Below, one piece after another: positions 1 through 9,804 of a stretch of 28,065 bases of DNA (its first letter is position 1; every line of letters begins with the position of its first letter). Made by a program: the position numbers and the translations under genes. The stretch comes from a bacterium (GTDB lineage Bacteria > Bacteroidota > Ignavibacteria > UBA10030): NCBI GenBank assembly GCA_043803945.1, contig JAZDJN010000096.1, forward strand, positions 1-28,065, given 5' to 3'. Below the pieces are notes generated by a model. It was not told the origin of the DNA. It was given only the letters and a program-made list of their open reading frames with translations, and ran no database searches.

Positions 1-1
1 T

Positions 2-1318
2 GCGCAAAAGATTTCGAGTACTGGGCAGGTTCAATGGCAGGAGAATGGAGTGAAGGCTTCTGTCCTGGGTGGATTATTTCTGCGCCCTGCCACCGATGGA
101 GAAGGAGGAGTAATTGTAGCGTGGTGGGGAAAAGATTTTAAGACAGATTATGATCTGGTCATCTGTCAGCGGATCAATCGGCGAGGTGAGAAGATGTGGG
201 GAGATAGTGGAGTTGTTGTGAGTAATAGGAAAGGGATAATTCCCAGCAACGATGTGGCTATTGCATCAGATAGGACTGGAGGAGCAGTTGTTAGCTGGGT
301 TCAAGATACTATTGTCTATATCCAAAGAATTGATAAAGACGGTAAAACAAGATGGACACCTAATGGAATCGTCATTTCAAACCGCGGAAGTGGCCTCGTT
401 TCTCAGATCACATCTCAATCGGGAGATAATGGTATGAGCTTTGTCTCGTGGTATGATGATAGTGCGAGTATCTATATTCAAAAAATTGATAGAGAAGGAA
501 TATCATATTGGCAGAAGAATGGGTTACTTATTGCAAAGCTTCCATTAACGGGCGGCGGCGGCGCACGGAGAATACTCTATGATGGCAACGGTGGAGCCTT
601 TTTAGGATACGGCTTGCGTGTTCAACACCTTGATTCAACAGGTAAAAAAACATGGGTCTCGTCTGGAGTTGTTTTCACGACTCTTCCTTCAACAAACTCT
701 AATATGGTCTCCGATTTGAATGGAGGGATTATCAACATCTGTGAGGCAACCATCAAGCAAACCAGTGGCAGCAATTTAGATATTTACGCGCAAAGGATTG
801 ACAGGAGTGGTCAAGTATCCTGGTCCGTGCAAGGCATTGCCTTAGTAGATGCACCCTTTCTCCAACGCAATCCGAAATCAATCAGCGATGGCAGCGGAGG
901 AGCGATTGCCGTCTGGGATGATTTACGCTCTGCAGAGGATACGACGATTCCTTTTCGTGTAGGAATCTATGCCCAACGAATTACTCGCGAGGGAGTCATT
1001 ACCTCTGTCGAGAAACAAAACGCTGGAACAATTCCCAAAAGCCCATTTTTACAACAATCATATCCCAATCCCTTCAATCCCCGGACGACGATCGAGTATG
1101 AAATCCCCTCACAGGGAAATGTCGAGTTGACGATTTATGATACTTTAGGAAAAGTTGTTCGAAAGATGATTGAGAAGGAACAGAAAGCCGGGTCGTATCG
1201 AGTGGTATGGGATGGAAGAGACGGAAAAGGAAACACTGTCGCATCGGGATTATATTACTATCAGCTTTTATTCAACAGGAATATTCAATTGACCAGAAAA
1301 AGCATCTTGCTGCGGTAA
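2..1318 (+). CDS. Secreted repeat (probable beta-propeller) protein with C-terminal T9SS/FlgD-like sorting domain; 5'-partial
   Basis: Frame is open from base 2 (AQKISSTGQVQWQENGVKA...). Recurrent 'xQRIDxxGxxxWxxxG' and 'SDGxGGAIxxW' repeats. C-terminus 'QSYPNPFNPRTTIEYEIP...WDGRDGKGNTVASGLYYYQL'. Confidence 0.85.
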   Translation, partial: AQKISSTGQVQWQENGVKASVLGGLFLRPATDGEGGVIVAWWGKDFKTDYDLVICQRINRRGEKMWGDSGVVVSNRKGIIPSNDVAIASDRTGGAVVSWVQDTIVYIQRIDKDGKTRWTPNGIVISNRGSGLVSQITSQSGDNGMSFVSWYDDSASIYIQKIDREGISYWQKNGLLIAKLPLTGGGGARRILYDGNGGAFLGYGLRVQHLDSTGKKTWVSSGVVFTTLPSTNSNMVSDLNGGIINICEATIKQTSGSNLDIYAQRIDRSGQVSWSVQGIALVDAPFLQRNPKSISDGSGGAIAVWDDLRSAEDTTIPFRVGIYAQRITREGVITSVEKQNAGTIPKSPFLQQSYPNPFNPRTTIEYEIPSQGNVELTIYDTLGKVVRKMIEKEQKAGSYRVVWDGRDGKGNTVASGLYYYQLLFNRNIQLTRKSILLR

Positions 1319-1372
1319 AGAATTATTCCAGGGAGGTGGTTTCTATGAGATGAAGTAAAACGAAGCCCTCGC

Positions 1373-1397
1373 TCCCGTCCATCAAAAACGGACGGGA
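1373..1397. terminator. Intergenic hairpin (possible terminator or processing stem)
   Basis: TCCCGTCC-N9-GGACGGGA, a perfect 8-bp stem. No clean + strand U-tract. Confidence 0.35.
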
Positions 1398-1528
1398 TGA
1401 AAAATACTCTCTGCCAGGAGAAATAGTTTTTCAGTCCCATTGCTATGGAGACGACAAGGGCTTCCTGTTTTCATGATACGACTAAACACAAAACTACTCA
1501 AGCACGACTTTTCAGAAAGGATGTCGAT

Positions 1529-4500
1529 ATGAAACGGTATATTCGTTATATATCCGTTTTGCTGGCACTCCTATCACTGTTCCGATACGAAGCTTTCAGC
1601 CAGCAATCGGATACATCGAGCTATTTCCCACTCGGCTTTTGGGGAATTTGGATTAATCCTGATCGCCCGCCGTATAATCCACAGACGTTCTATATTTCTG
1701 AATGGAATAAAGAGAAGGAAAATTGGAATAATGCCAAAGGGAATTTTTTGGTCTATCATATTCCCCAATGGGTAGAAAATCAGGTAATGGATTATGTCGA
1801 AACCGCCGGATATCGGATGGACATTAATCGTGGGCATTACAATGGTAGCGCATTGGATAGCAGTCTTGTGAAGTGGATTCGAGAGGCAGAAATCAGCATG
1901 CCCTGGAGCACCTGGACAGCCGGAGCGGATGCAAGGATTTCTGCTGTCGTAAGTGCGTTTGGAAGTCGAACTGGATTATACACCTATTCCCTTGCCCATG
2001 AAGAGCCGATAGTGAATATAGCACCAGAGAACGATTCACTCTTTAATGCAACCTATTGCTGGCCTCGGGTGCAGTATGTAGCCAATAGGATTAAGCAATT
2101 GGATCCCAATCCCCTGCATAAAACTTATGTTGTATCCGGAGGCGCACCGAGTTATGGATTTGTTATGAGTTGTCCGAGTGTAGACATCATACAAATGGAT
2201 GTGTACTTTTTCAAAGAAGACGTACCCAATATTTATTCTGCACAGCAATCTGCCTTAGATAATTTTCTGTCGCACTACGATGCGACAATGACTCGTGTCA
2301 GGGGCAGAAGCACAGAATGGCAAGCCATTATTCAATCCCAGCGAGAATACAGAACAGTGGGAGATATTGCTCCGCGCAGACCAACAATCGAAGAGATGCG
2401 GGTTCAAGCGTATCTTGCTCTATCAAGGGGTTCAAGAGGGATTACTTCGTTTGTCTATGGATCAGATATGAGGCCTTCTGGTGGTGCACAAGGTTCGGGA
2501 GGTCAGAATCAAAGCGGCGTCTCGGGCCCTGTTTATCCATTATTGAATGGCGGAGTCCTTCCAGAGCAACAATCAATCAATGGATATGATGGACTTGTGG
2601 ATATAGATCGAACTCCCTTCAATGAGACATCGGATATCGATAACATCCCTGCATTTGAAAACAATAAGAATCTGTTTATAGAACTCGCGTCAATAGGCTC
2701 AACAATCCGCAAGCTCAAACATTATCAAGCTTTTCCCGGTTGGAATGTTCCAGCCAATAACAGCGCTGGCATTGTCAGTGTAAGCCATAATTACAATGGC
2801 GATAATCGAATCGAAGTCGGTACCTTTAAGCGAATGGATCAAGGCCTTGACTCGACAAGCTACTTCATCCTGGCTAATCGGGTCTGCAATGACTCAATTG
2901 GCACAGTGTCGGATTTTCAGAGCGTTTCTGTGGTGTTGCAGGGTAATCACTCGCTTGAAGAACAGCGATCCAAACAGATCTATACCGGAAGCTACGATAT
3001 TGCTAACGATAGATCTTCCTTCTTGCTAAGACTTGCTCCCGGTGAAGGGAAGTTGTTTAAAATCGGACCGCAATATATGAAGCTCCATCAAGCCTTCAAT
3101 GGCAATGCAAATGACCAGAGTGGTTCAGGCAACAATGGCTCGATTTATGGTGCGTCATTTACACCAGCCGCATCCAACCTGGGGCTCAATTTCGACGGTA
3201 TCACTGATTATGTTTCCATCCCGAACTCATCATCACTTAATCCATCTGCAATAACGCTTGCAGCATGGATTCAACCAAACACTCTGTTCCAGGATTTCGG
3301 AGCCGGCGTAATTTGCAAAGGGTATGGATGTGGGGATGAAATTTATTCTATTGATATCGTTGATTCAAAGCTAAGATTCTATTTTTGGACAAACAACGCT
3401 CATGGCATTGTGGCCCCAAATCCAATTAGTGGGCTTGCCTGGATCAGTGTTGTGGCAACGTACGACGGTCAAACGATGATTCTCTATCTAAATGGCAACG
3501 AAGTAGCCCGAGGCACGCCAGGAGTTAGTGAGTTGGCAGGCAACACCCATGAATTAACAATAGGTTCGCGTCAATCTGGTAATGGTGAATATGATTTGAG
3601 CTTTAACGGATTGATTGATGAAGTGAGAATGTGGGATCGAGCGCTCTCGGCATCCGAGATATTAGAATTCTACAATCCCCAAAACGCCCCGCCTTTAACC
3701 CTGACTTCACCCAATGGAATGCAAAACATGATCGTCAACAGCTCACATACTATAACATGGACAAGCACGGGAATTGCATCCATTAATCTCTTCTATACAA
3801 CAAATGGCGGCTCGAGCTGGCTATCAATTGCTTCAAATCTAGCTGCAAGCAGTGGCTCCTACATTTGGACCGTTCCCAACACTCCCTCCGGCAATTGCCT
3901 GGTGAAAATTGTCGACGTAAATAATCAGGCCAAATATGATGAAAGTAATTGTCCATTCCTAATCAGTACACCTCCAGCCAGCATAGTTGTGACACAACCT
4001 AATGGTGGTGAGACGTGGTGGATCGGAAATTCATATTGGATCACGTGGACATCCGAAAATGTCAGCAGCAATGTTAAAATTGAGCTCTCCACAGATAACG
4101 GTATTACCATCTCTTATCTGATAGCGCAAAATGAAGCAAATGATGGAGCATTCTTCTGGCCTATCCCGAGTGGAATTGCTTCCTCTCAATGTCGGATTCT
4201 TATTACAGCGATAGATGAATCGGCTTACGATTTCAGCGATAATTCATTTACAATTGCTCAATCTGGAGGAGTAAAAATTGCCCAGTACAGCTTTGATGGT
4301 AATACTCTCGATGAGAGCGGCAATGGTAATAACGGTACGATTGTTGGTAATGCACCGTACGTTACCGGACGGTGGGGACAAGCATTGTTGTTTGGAAATT
4401 ACAATCAATATGTCTCGGTTCCCAATACTTCTCTTCTTAATCCAGGCTCTATATCGATTGCAGTCTGTGTCAATCCCTCAAACCCTATTGTGAATTTTGG

Positions 4501-5203
4501 TGCGGGGGTGATCTGTAAGGGGAATGGAATGGGGGGCGAAATCTACTGCATAGATGTAGTAAATTGCTATCGGTTCTATTTTTGGAAAGGAGACGCTCCG
4601 AGTGTATTAGGCCCATCGCCTCAACCTGGTTGGTCTAGTATCGTGGTAACGTATGATGGCTCGACAATGCGATTCTATTACAATGGGTCATTGTATGCAT
4701 CGACCAGTACAAACCTTGGAAATTTAAACACAAATGACCATGTGGTTAGCATCGGTGCTCGCCAGTCCGGATCATCGACTTACAATTTCACATTCAATGG
4801 AGCAATAGACGCCGTACGGCTGTATGATTATCCATTGACAAGTGCGCAGGTGCTTGAGTATCACAATGGTACGCTGGCAAAACGTGGTGTGTATGAACCG
4901 GATCCGAAGGAGAATGTAGAAGTCGAATTGCCTCGTGAGTACCAACTGTTGCAGAATTATCCCAATCCCTTTAATGGATCGACAGTCATTGCATATGCCC
5001 TTCCACATGATTCTTATGTACGTCTTAGCATTATGGATCTCCTCGGTCGAGAGGTGGCGATACTTCTCGATGCTCACGTCAAGGCAGGCTACCATAGGGT
5101 AGCCTTCGATGCCGACCTGGCGCACCTGCCAAGCGGTGTTTATTTGTGTCGAATGCAGGCAAATGCGTTCGTCGAAACGCGCAAACTATTATACACGAAG
5201 TAA
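1529..5203 (+). CDS. Large secreted multidomain protein: glycoside-hydrolase-like TIM barrel, 2 LamG domains, 2 'PNG' Ig-like repeats, T9SS-type CTD
   Basis: Start moved to ATG 1529 (AAGGA upstream, signal peptide MKRYIRYISVLLALLSL). N-terminal motifs 'YSLAHEEP' and 'RRPTIEEMRVQAYLALSRGSRGI'. LamG ends 'FNGLIDEVRMWDRALS' and 'FNGAIDAVRLYDYPLT'. 'TSPNG/TQPNGGE' repeats. 'QNYPNPFNGST...LPSGVYLCRM'. Confidence 0.85.
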   Translation: MKRYIRYISVLLALLSLFRYEAFSQQSDTSSYFPLGFWGIWINPDRPPYNPQTFYISEWNKEKENWNNAKGNFLVYHIPQWVENQVMDYVETAGYRMDINRGHYNGSALDSSLVKWIREAEISMPWSTWTAGADARISAVVSAFGSRTGLYTYSLAHEEPIVNIAPENDSLFNATYCWPRVQYVANRIKQLDPNPLHKTYVVSGGAPSYGFVMSCPSVDIIQMDVYFFKEDVPNIYSAQQSALDNFLSHYDATMTRVRGRSTEWQAIIQSQREYRTVGDIAPRRPTIEEMRVQAYLALSRGSRGITSFVYGSDMRPSGGAQGSGGQNQSGVSGPVYPLLNGGVLPEQQSINGYDGLVDIDRTPFNETSDIDNIPAFENNKNLFIELASIGSTIRKLKHYQAFPGWNVPANNSAGIVSVSHNYNGDNRIEVGTFKRMDQGLDSTSYFILANRVCNDSIGTVSDFQSVSVVLQGNHSLEEQRSKQIYTGSYDIANDRSSFLLRLAPGEGKLFKIGPQYMKLHQAFNGNANDQSGSGNNGSIYGASFTPAASNLGLNFDGITDYVSIPNSSSLNPSAITLAAWIQPNTLFQDFGAGVICKGYGCGDEIYSIDIVDSKLRFYFWTNNAHGIVAPNPISGLAWISVVATYDGQTMILYLNGNEVARGTPGVSELAGNTHELTIGSRQSGNGEYDLSFNGLIDEVRMWDRALSASEILEFYNPQNAPPLTLTSPNGMQNMIVNSSHTITWTSTGIASINLFYTTNGGSSWLSIASNLAASSGSYIWTVPNTPSGNCLVKIVDVNNQAKYDESNCPFLISTPPASIVVTQPNGGETWWIGNSYWITWTSENVSSNVKIELSTDNGITISYLIAQNEANDGAFFWPIPSGIASSQCRILITAIDESAYDFSDNSFTIAQSGGVKIAQYSFDGNTLDESGNGNNGTIVGNAPYVTGRWGQALLFGNYNQYVSVPNTSLLNPGSISIAVCVNPSNPIVNFGAGVICKGNGMGGEIYCIDVVNCYRFYFWKGDAPSVLGPSPQPGWSSIVVTYDGSTMRFYYNGSLYASTSTNLGNLNTNDHVVSIGARQSGSSTYNFTFNGAIDAVRLYDYPLTSAQVLEYHNGTLAKRGVYEPDPKENVEVELPREYQLLQNYPNPFNGSTVIAYALPHDSYVRLSIMDLLGREVAILLDAHVKAGYHRVAFDADLAHLPSGVYLCRMQANAFVETRKLLYTK

Positions 5204-5227
5204 TAAATTTACTTGGAGGATTCAGTC

Positions 5228-5863
5228 ATGCGTAACTACACTGTCAATTTCCTGTTGCTGTGTTGCGTTTTCCTGAGCGCGATAGTGCAAGCACAAATCA
5301 AGCAAATGGAAGTCAGGAACGTCAAACTCTCACTCATCGAACATCCGTCAAAGGATGGCGAAATGCAAATGGTAATTGATTGTACCCTTCCACAGCTTCG
5401 CGATTTTTCGTGGATCAAATATGCCACTCTGGAATTGAAGGAGAAATCGTCAGTGAAGCTTGTCAAAAAAGATTCACTTACTCAACCAGTTAGCGAAGGC
5501 TTGCAAAATTCAGGCGCTAAAGCCGTTTCGTTTGCTTTATATGCCTATAACGGTAAAGAATCTCAGAGATGGGTCAATATCTCAAAGGATAGCTTGGTAC
5601 ATGATAATTGCATTCCGCTTGGAAAGACAGACCTGCCAAATGAGTTTGAAAAATATTCGATGCTCAATAAAAATAAAAAGGAATTCTTCAGCATGATATT
5701 CGATATTACAAACTCTTTGAGTAGAAGTATTAAAAGAGGTTCTTTAAAACAAACGTTTCTCCTGGCAGGGTTGGAGGAAAGCAGGATGGAATTTACATCG
5801 AAGCGAATCAATTTTGATCCATCAAAGCTTGATGCCATCATCAATATTTATTATGTGAATTAG
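5228..5863 (+). CDS. Secreted hypothetical protein
   Basis: GGAGGA RBS before ATG 5228. Signal peptide ending AIVQA-Q. Follows the upstream gene by 24 bp. Confidence 0.75.
   Translation: MRNYTVNFLLLCCVFLSAIVQAQIKQMEVRNVKLSLIEHPSKDGEMQMVIDCTLPQLRDFSWIKYATLELKEKSSVKLVKKDSLTQPVSEGLQNSGAKAVSFALYAYNGKESQRWVNISKDSLVHDNCIPLGKTDLPNEFEKYSMLNKNKKEFFSMIFDITNSLSRSIKRGSLKQTFLLAGLEESRMEFTSKRINFDPSKLDAIINIYYVN
5615..5784 (+). repeat. 170-bp direct repeat, copy 1 (inside 5228..5863)
   Basis: Ungapped match to 21751..21920, with 17 mismatches by hand count (~90%). Confidence 0.95.
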
Positions 5864-5882
5864 AATGCTTGCATTCCTTAAG

Positions 5883-5923
5883 GTAAGGCGGATGAGTGAT
5901 AGCTCATTCGCCTTGCTGTTTTT
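5883..5923 (+). terminator. Rho-independent terminator
   Basis: GTAAGGCGGATGAG-N6-CTCATTCGCCTTGC stem (with G-U pairs) followed by TGTTTT, 20 bp after the stop at 5863. Confidence 0.75.
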
Positions 5924-6019
5924 GGGTAGTGCGAGAATATATTTAATTCCTTCTCGCTCCCCGCTCAAACCATTCATAGATGACCTTCCATTCCTCTTCC
6001 GTCATTTTTTTCCTGCTCC

Positions 6020-6375
6020 TGGGCATTTGCTGTGCGGCATGCGTCCTCGCTCAGGAGGTCGGTGCAAAAGCAATTGTGGTGATTACCCATTCCGGTTCGA
6101 CAGCGATGCAGGTGGCGAAATATCGCCCATGTGCCAGAGTGATCGCAGCTACGGACCGTGAAAAAATCCTGCGCCGGCTAAATTTGATCTGGGGTATCCG
6201 GGGCATTGTGCTGCCCGATCTTGTCGGTGAGACTGATCATGCCTTTATCAAAGTAACGGAAGCGTTGAAGGGGATAGAGTATCTTGAAAGCGGGGACTAT
6301 GTGGTGTATACAGCCGGTATCCCGCTGCTGACACGCGGCACAACGAATACGGTGAAGGTAGAGAAAGTCATCTAG
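6020..6375 (+). pseudogene. pyk: Pyruvate kinase C-terminal (alpha/beta) domain remnant
   Basis: 'AACVLAQEVGAKAIVVITHSGSTAMQVAKYRP...RRLNLIWGI...GDYVVYTAGIP...GTTNTVKV' is the PK_C pattern. The barrel domain is absent. The 5' boundary is approximate. Confidence 0.85.
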
Positions 6376-6520
6376 TGAATACAGTTGAATTCAAGTTGAC
6401 CGCTTGAATAGTTTGACTCCTTATATTGACTGACTCATCTTTGTGGGATTCAATGGAGTGAGCTCTTTTTCTCAAGCTAAACACTAAACCTCCCTCGTCT
6501 ATGCAGAGAGCGAGTGTTCA

Positions 6521-6541
6521 CCCCGACGTTTTCCGTCGGGG
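6521..6541. repeat. GC hairpin between convergent genes (REP-like or terminator)
   Basis: CCCCGACG-TTTTC-CGTCGGGG. Confidence 0.55.
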
Positions 6542-6576
6542 CCGTTTTGCCGTTTGATATGCGCTGCGCAGCAGCA

Positions 6577-7129
6577 TCATTGGATGAGCAGCATCTTTCG
6601 ATGAAGTGAAGACTTCGCAGTCTCTAGTCTGTAGATATAAATACCTGATGGTAGAGCCGATCCGTCAAAAGTAACATGATGAATTCCTGGATTGGAAACA
6701 GAGCGAGCTTCCCTGAAGACAAGATGGCCGAGCAAATCAAAAACGGACAGGCGGACATCCTGCGGTGTCGGAACTTCGAATTCAATTCGGCAAACCCAAT
6801 CGAGATACATCGAGTTGGAAGACTGAGCTGCGAGACGTGTGCGGTCCGAACACGTATGGGAGTTCCGTTGGCAAGAGAATCCACGATAAGCGAACATTGT
6901 CGAAGAACACCTGAGTGACAGGGCCTTGATATGGCTGAGTGACTGTGACAGCGGAATCCGCCTGGTTCGTGACCGTACCCGTAAGCATGCTTGCCTCGCC
7001 GTAGCCATAGGTTCTTTTGTCAGTCGTGATGGAGATCGTCAATTGCGCGAGTCCTTGCGGGCAGAAAAGCAAGGTCACGCAGACCAACACGGCTGCAGCC
7101 CTCGTCAGATTTCGTGAATCGTATGTCAT
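6577..7129 (-). pseudogene. Disrupted secreted protein with T9SS-type CTD
   Basis: The signal-peptide ORF (MTYDSRN...LLFCPQGLAQ) stops at 6782. A CTD fragment 'IEFEVPTPQDVRLSVFDLLG...LPSGIYIYRL...RKMLLIQ' continues in another frame and lacks the YPNPFNP motif. Confidence 0.75.
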
Positions 7130-7164
7130 CTGATCGTCCACAATTTTTGTTGCGGCTACGTGGT

Positions 7165-7315
7165 GTAAAATGTGTGCGGTAACAGCGCAGTGCTTTTACG
7201 AACTACAAATAACGAGTGTTGGAAAACAGAGCATACCAACACGTGAGCAGAAGCGTTGAGCGACCACAATAATTCTCTATCAACAAAGGGAGCGTCGTTG
7301 TTACCGCTGTTGTGC
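7165..7315 (-). repeat. attC-like imperfect palindrome downstream of the MotB/ZorB-like gene
   Basis: Minus strand reads GCACAAC-A-GCGGTAACAACG...CGCTGTTACCGC (11/12 inverted repeat; 7296-7307 vs 7176-7187). Internal GTGTTGG/CCAACAC stem. The R' box is degenerate. Confidence 0.4.
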
Positions 7316-7338
7316 ACCGTTTCTCGCATCGGTCATCT

Positions 7339-8025
7339 TTAGTTACGATAGAATAACAACACCTCGACACGTCGGTTTTTTGCTTTGCGGTAGACGCTAG
7401 TATTGGCTTCCACTAACTTGCTTTGATTGTAAGTTGAATCTTCGGCCGAGCGCCCAGAGGGTTTGTATTCACCAAATGAAGTCGCGGACATTAGACAGAT
7501 CGAGGGGTCAACACAGACGGTGTCTTTAAAAAACTGGAATACCTCAATTGCCCTTGCTGCCGCTAATTCGAGGTTTGAGGGAAATCGCGATGATGGATCC
7601 GTGTCTGCGTGGCCTTGAATTTGAATTTCTTTAAGAGAAACCAATTGTTTTTTTATCACATTGCCTACTATGGAAAGCAGGTGCCTACCGCTCGGACTTA
7701 AAACAGCCACATCAGGCGGAAAAAGAACGTGGTCGCTGAACATTAACAGCTGTTTGTCAAGATCGTTGCGGATAACCATATCTCGATCTCGTCCATCGGA
7801 AAATGAGATAATAAAATCATCGCCGATCTTTTTGTGTTTTATATTGTAGGCGTCCTCGAGGCCTCGAATCATTGCTTCTTGTTTTTGCCTGATTGGGCCA
7901 ATGTCCACTCCAACAGCGAGCACAGCTGCGATGAGAAAAAGAACGAGAACAAGTACCAACACAATTGATAACATTATGTCAGCAAAAGAAGGCCAGAAGT
8001 TAAAATCGAGAGAAGATTCATCCAT
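7339..8025 (-). CDS. MotB/ZorB-like protein: one TM helix with conserved Asp plus OmpA-type peptidoglycan-binding domain
   Basis: 'FWPSFADIM' plus TM helix; 'IQIQGHAD', 'SNLELAAARAIEV', 'FGEYKP', 'NRRVEV'. Confidence 0.9.
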   Translation of the reverse strand: MDESSLDFNFWPSFADIMLSIVLVLVLVLFLIAAVLAVGVDIGPIRQKQEAMIRGLEDAYNIKHKKIGDDFIISFSDGRDRDMVIRNDLDKQLLMFSDHVLFPPDVAVLSPSGRHLLSIVGNVIKKQLVSLKEIQIQGHADTDPSSRFPSNLELAAARAIEVFQFFKDTVCVDPSICLMSATSFGEYKPSGRSAEDSTYNQSKLVEANTSVYRKAKNRRVEVLLFYRN

Positions 8026-8052
8026 AATTGATGCCTATTGGATTTTCACCTG

Positions 8053-9780
8053 TTAATCCCGGGTGAATGCTCTTGCAATGCGCGCTATTATTCGTTTTGG
8101 CCACCGCTCTTCTTCCTGCCTCTGTTTCTGAATTTCCTTTACCGGGATTTGGTCAAATTTACTGTGTTTTGTTGATTTAACGGTGTCCTGTAAATTGTTG
8201 ATTGATTGTGCAAGGTATTGCATTCTTTCGGATTGTGTTTGTGCTGTCGATGTCATCTGTGTCAGTAATGTGACAAGCGTGGAAGCGAGATCGTTAAAAA
8301 CAGTTAACTGTATATCAACCTGTTTTTCTCTCTGCATGAACAATCGTTGTAATTCCTCCTTGAGCGCAGTTGTGCGTTTATCAACAGCGTCAAGAGCTCC
8401 CGCGACCTTCTGTGCAGCATCGTTTATCGGAGTGTCAAATCGCTGGAATTGTTGAACGATTGCATTGAGCTGAACTCTTAGGGTGTTCTCCACGCTAGAC
8501 AATTCATCGTGGAGCTTTTGAATTAAGGGATTGCCAAAATTCTCAATTAGTTCTTTGTTCTTAGAATCAATTTGTGATAGGGTTTGATTAACAGACTCCA
8601 GGAGTTTTTGCAAAGCTTGATCAATTTGTTGGCGTTGAGCTAGGTAAGCTGTTTCATAACTCTTCAGGCTTGCTACAATTAGTTGCAGTTGTTGACCTTG
8701 ATCACAAAGAGTGGTGGAAATTGTTGATTGAAAAGCCTGAGCCTCCTTTAATGCTATCCCGACGTTTTCTTTGAGAGTCGATGAATTTTCCAAGGATTGC
8801 TTGTATAGGGAATGTAGTTCTTCTTGAAACGAAACTATCTTAGCTGTTCCTTGCTCAAATTTAGTTGCAAAGCCTGATAGGGAAGTTCCAATTTCGGAAA
8901 GTTGCTTAAGGACTTTGTTGGATGATTTAAGATTTGTGTTGAATTCGCTTGCTTCGTTCTGAATTTCTTTTGCAAACTCAGCAACTTTTTCTGCTGCTTG
9001 GAAACTCTGTCTCATTTGTTCCTCGCTACGCTTGAGAGTTTCGACAAGCCTCAATGGAGTTGTTGGTATTAACTGAGGTATCCAAACGTTAATTGTAAGA
9101 TGATCGAGCAGATGTTGTGCGGGTGCACAGATAAACCTAATGTAAAGAGTATACAGTAAAACTCCGATAATGGTCAGGGCGACCCCTGATATGCTTGGAG
9201 CGAACGCACCCCTTAATTGGAGCAAAAGATTAGAGATGGAAGAGCGAATCTGTTCGTTAGACCAAGCACGTGTGCTTGTTTGGATGGGTTCAGAGAATTG
9301 GATAAGACTATCTGCAAGGCCGATGAGTGTACCTAACAAGCCAAGCACAATAAAAGAGCCGAGAAGTCCTCGAAGAAAAGAAGTGTATGAAAATAGCCTT
9401 TGACTTGTATGTCTAAGTAACTCGCTGACATCCAGGCGTGTTTCAAAGTAACCAGCATCGAAAATGGATTTCAAATGAACCGATATAGGATCATCTTCTG
9501 GTAAAGTGTTACTTTTGGCGTACTTGGTGAAATATTCTTTGGTGGAAATATTTCCGAGGTTCAGGTCAGTGTGTTCATCCGAAATTCTTGCCCGTGATTT
9601 AGCGATAATGGAGCGAAGATAAGTAATATCGCTGCAGGAGGACAACCTACGCGTTCTGATGAAAATGGTTCTCGTGGTAAAAAAAAGAATCAGAAGCCAA
9701 ACGATAAAGGCTATACCTAGGATTACGACAATTGCTGATGCAATTGAATTTGTCGGATGCAAGTAATGTTCAAGGTTCAT
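8053..9780 (-). CDS. MotA/ZorA-like ion-channel subunit: 3 TM helices plus ~350-aa helical tail
   Basis: TM1 ~aa15-35. 'IVLGLLGTLIGL' and 'GAFAPSISGVALTII' match the MotA/TolQ/ExbB/ZorA helices. Long Q/E/L/K-rich heptad-like tail. Adjacent to the MotB-like gene. Confidence 0.85.
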   Translation of the reverse strand: MNLEHYLHPTNSIASAIVVILGIAFIVWLLILFFTTRTIFIRTRRLSSCSDITYLRSIIAKSRARISDEHTDLNLGNISTKEYFTKYAKSNTLPEDDPISVHLKSIFDAGYFETRLDVSELLRHTSQRLFSYTSFLRGLLGSFIVLGLLGTLIGLADSLIQFSEPIQTSTRAWSNEQIRSSISNLLLQLRGAFAPSISGVALTIIGVLLYTLYIRFICAPAQHLLDHLTINVWIPQLIPTTPLRLVETLKRSEEQMRQSFQAAEKVAEFAKEIQNEASEFNTNLKSSNKVLKQLSEIGTSLSGFATKFEQGTAKIVSFQEELHSLYKQSLENSSTLKENVGIALKEAQAFQSTISTTLCDQGQQLQLIVASLKSYETAYLAQRQQIDQALQKLLESVNQTLSQIDSKNKELIENFGNPLIQKLHDELSSVENTLRVQLNAIVQQFQRFDTPINDAAQKVAGALDAVDKRTTALKEELQRLFMQREKQVDIQLTVFNDLASTLVTLLTQMTSTAQTQSERMQYLAQSINNLQDTVKSTKHSKFDQIPVKEIQKQRQEEERWPKRIIARIARAFTRD

Positions 9781-9804
9781 AGGTAATCCCGTCCGTCAGA
9801 TGTT

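Noticed and set aside
1330-1445. Riboswitch or ribozyme in the first intergenic region
   Set aside because: Only a simple hairpin is visible, with no hammerhead core (CUGAnGA/GAAA) or aptamer consensus. An Rfam scan would settle it.
7339-9780. Flagellar motAB or a canonical Zorya system
   Set aside because: No flagellar genes are nearby, the A subunit has a long tail, and no ZorC/D/E-like effector is recognisable in the window.
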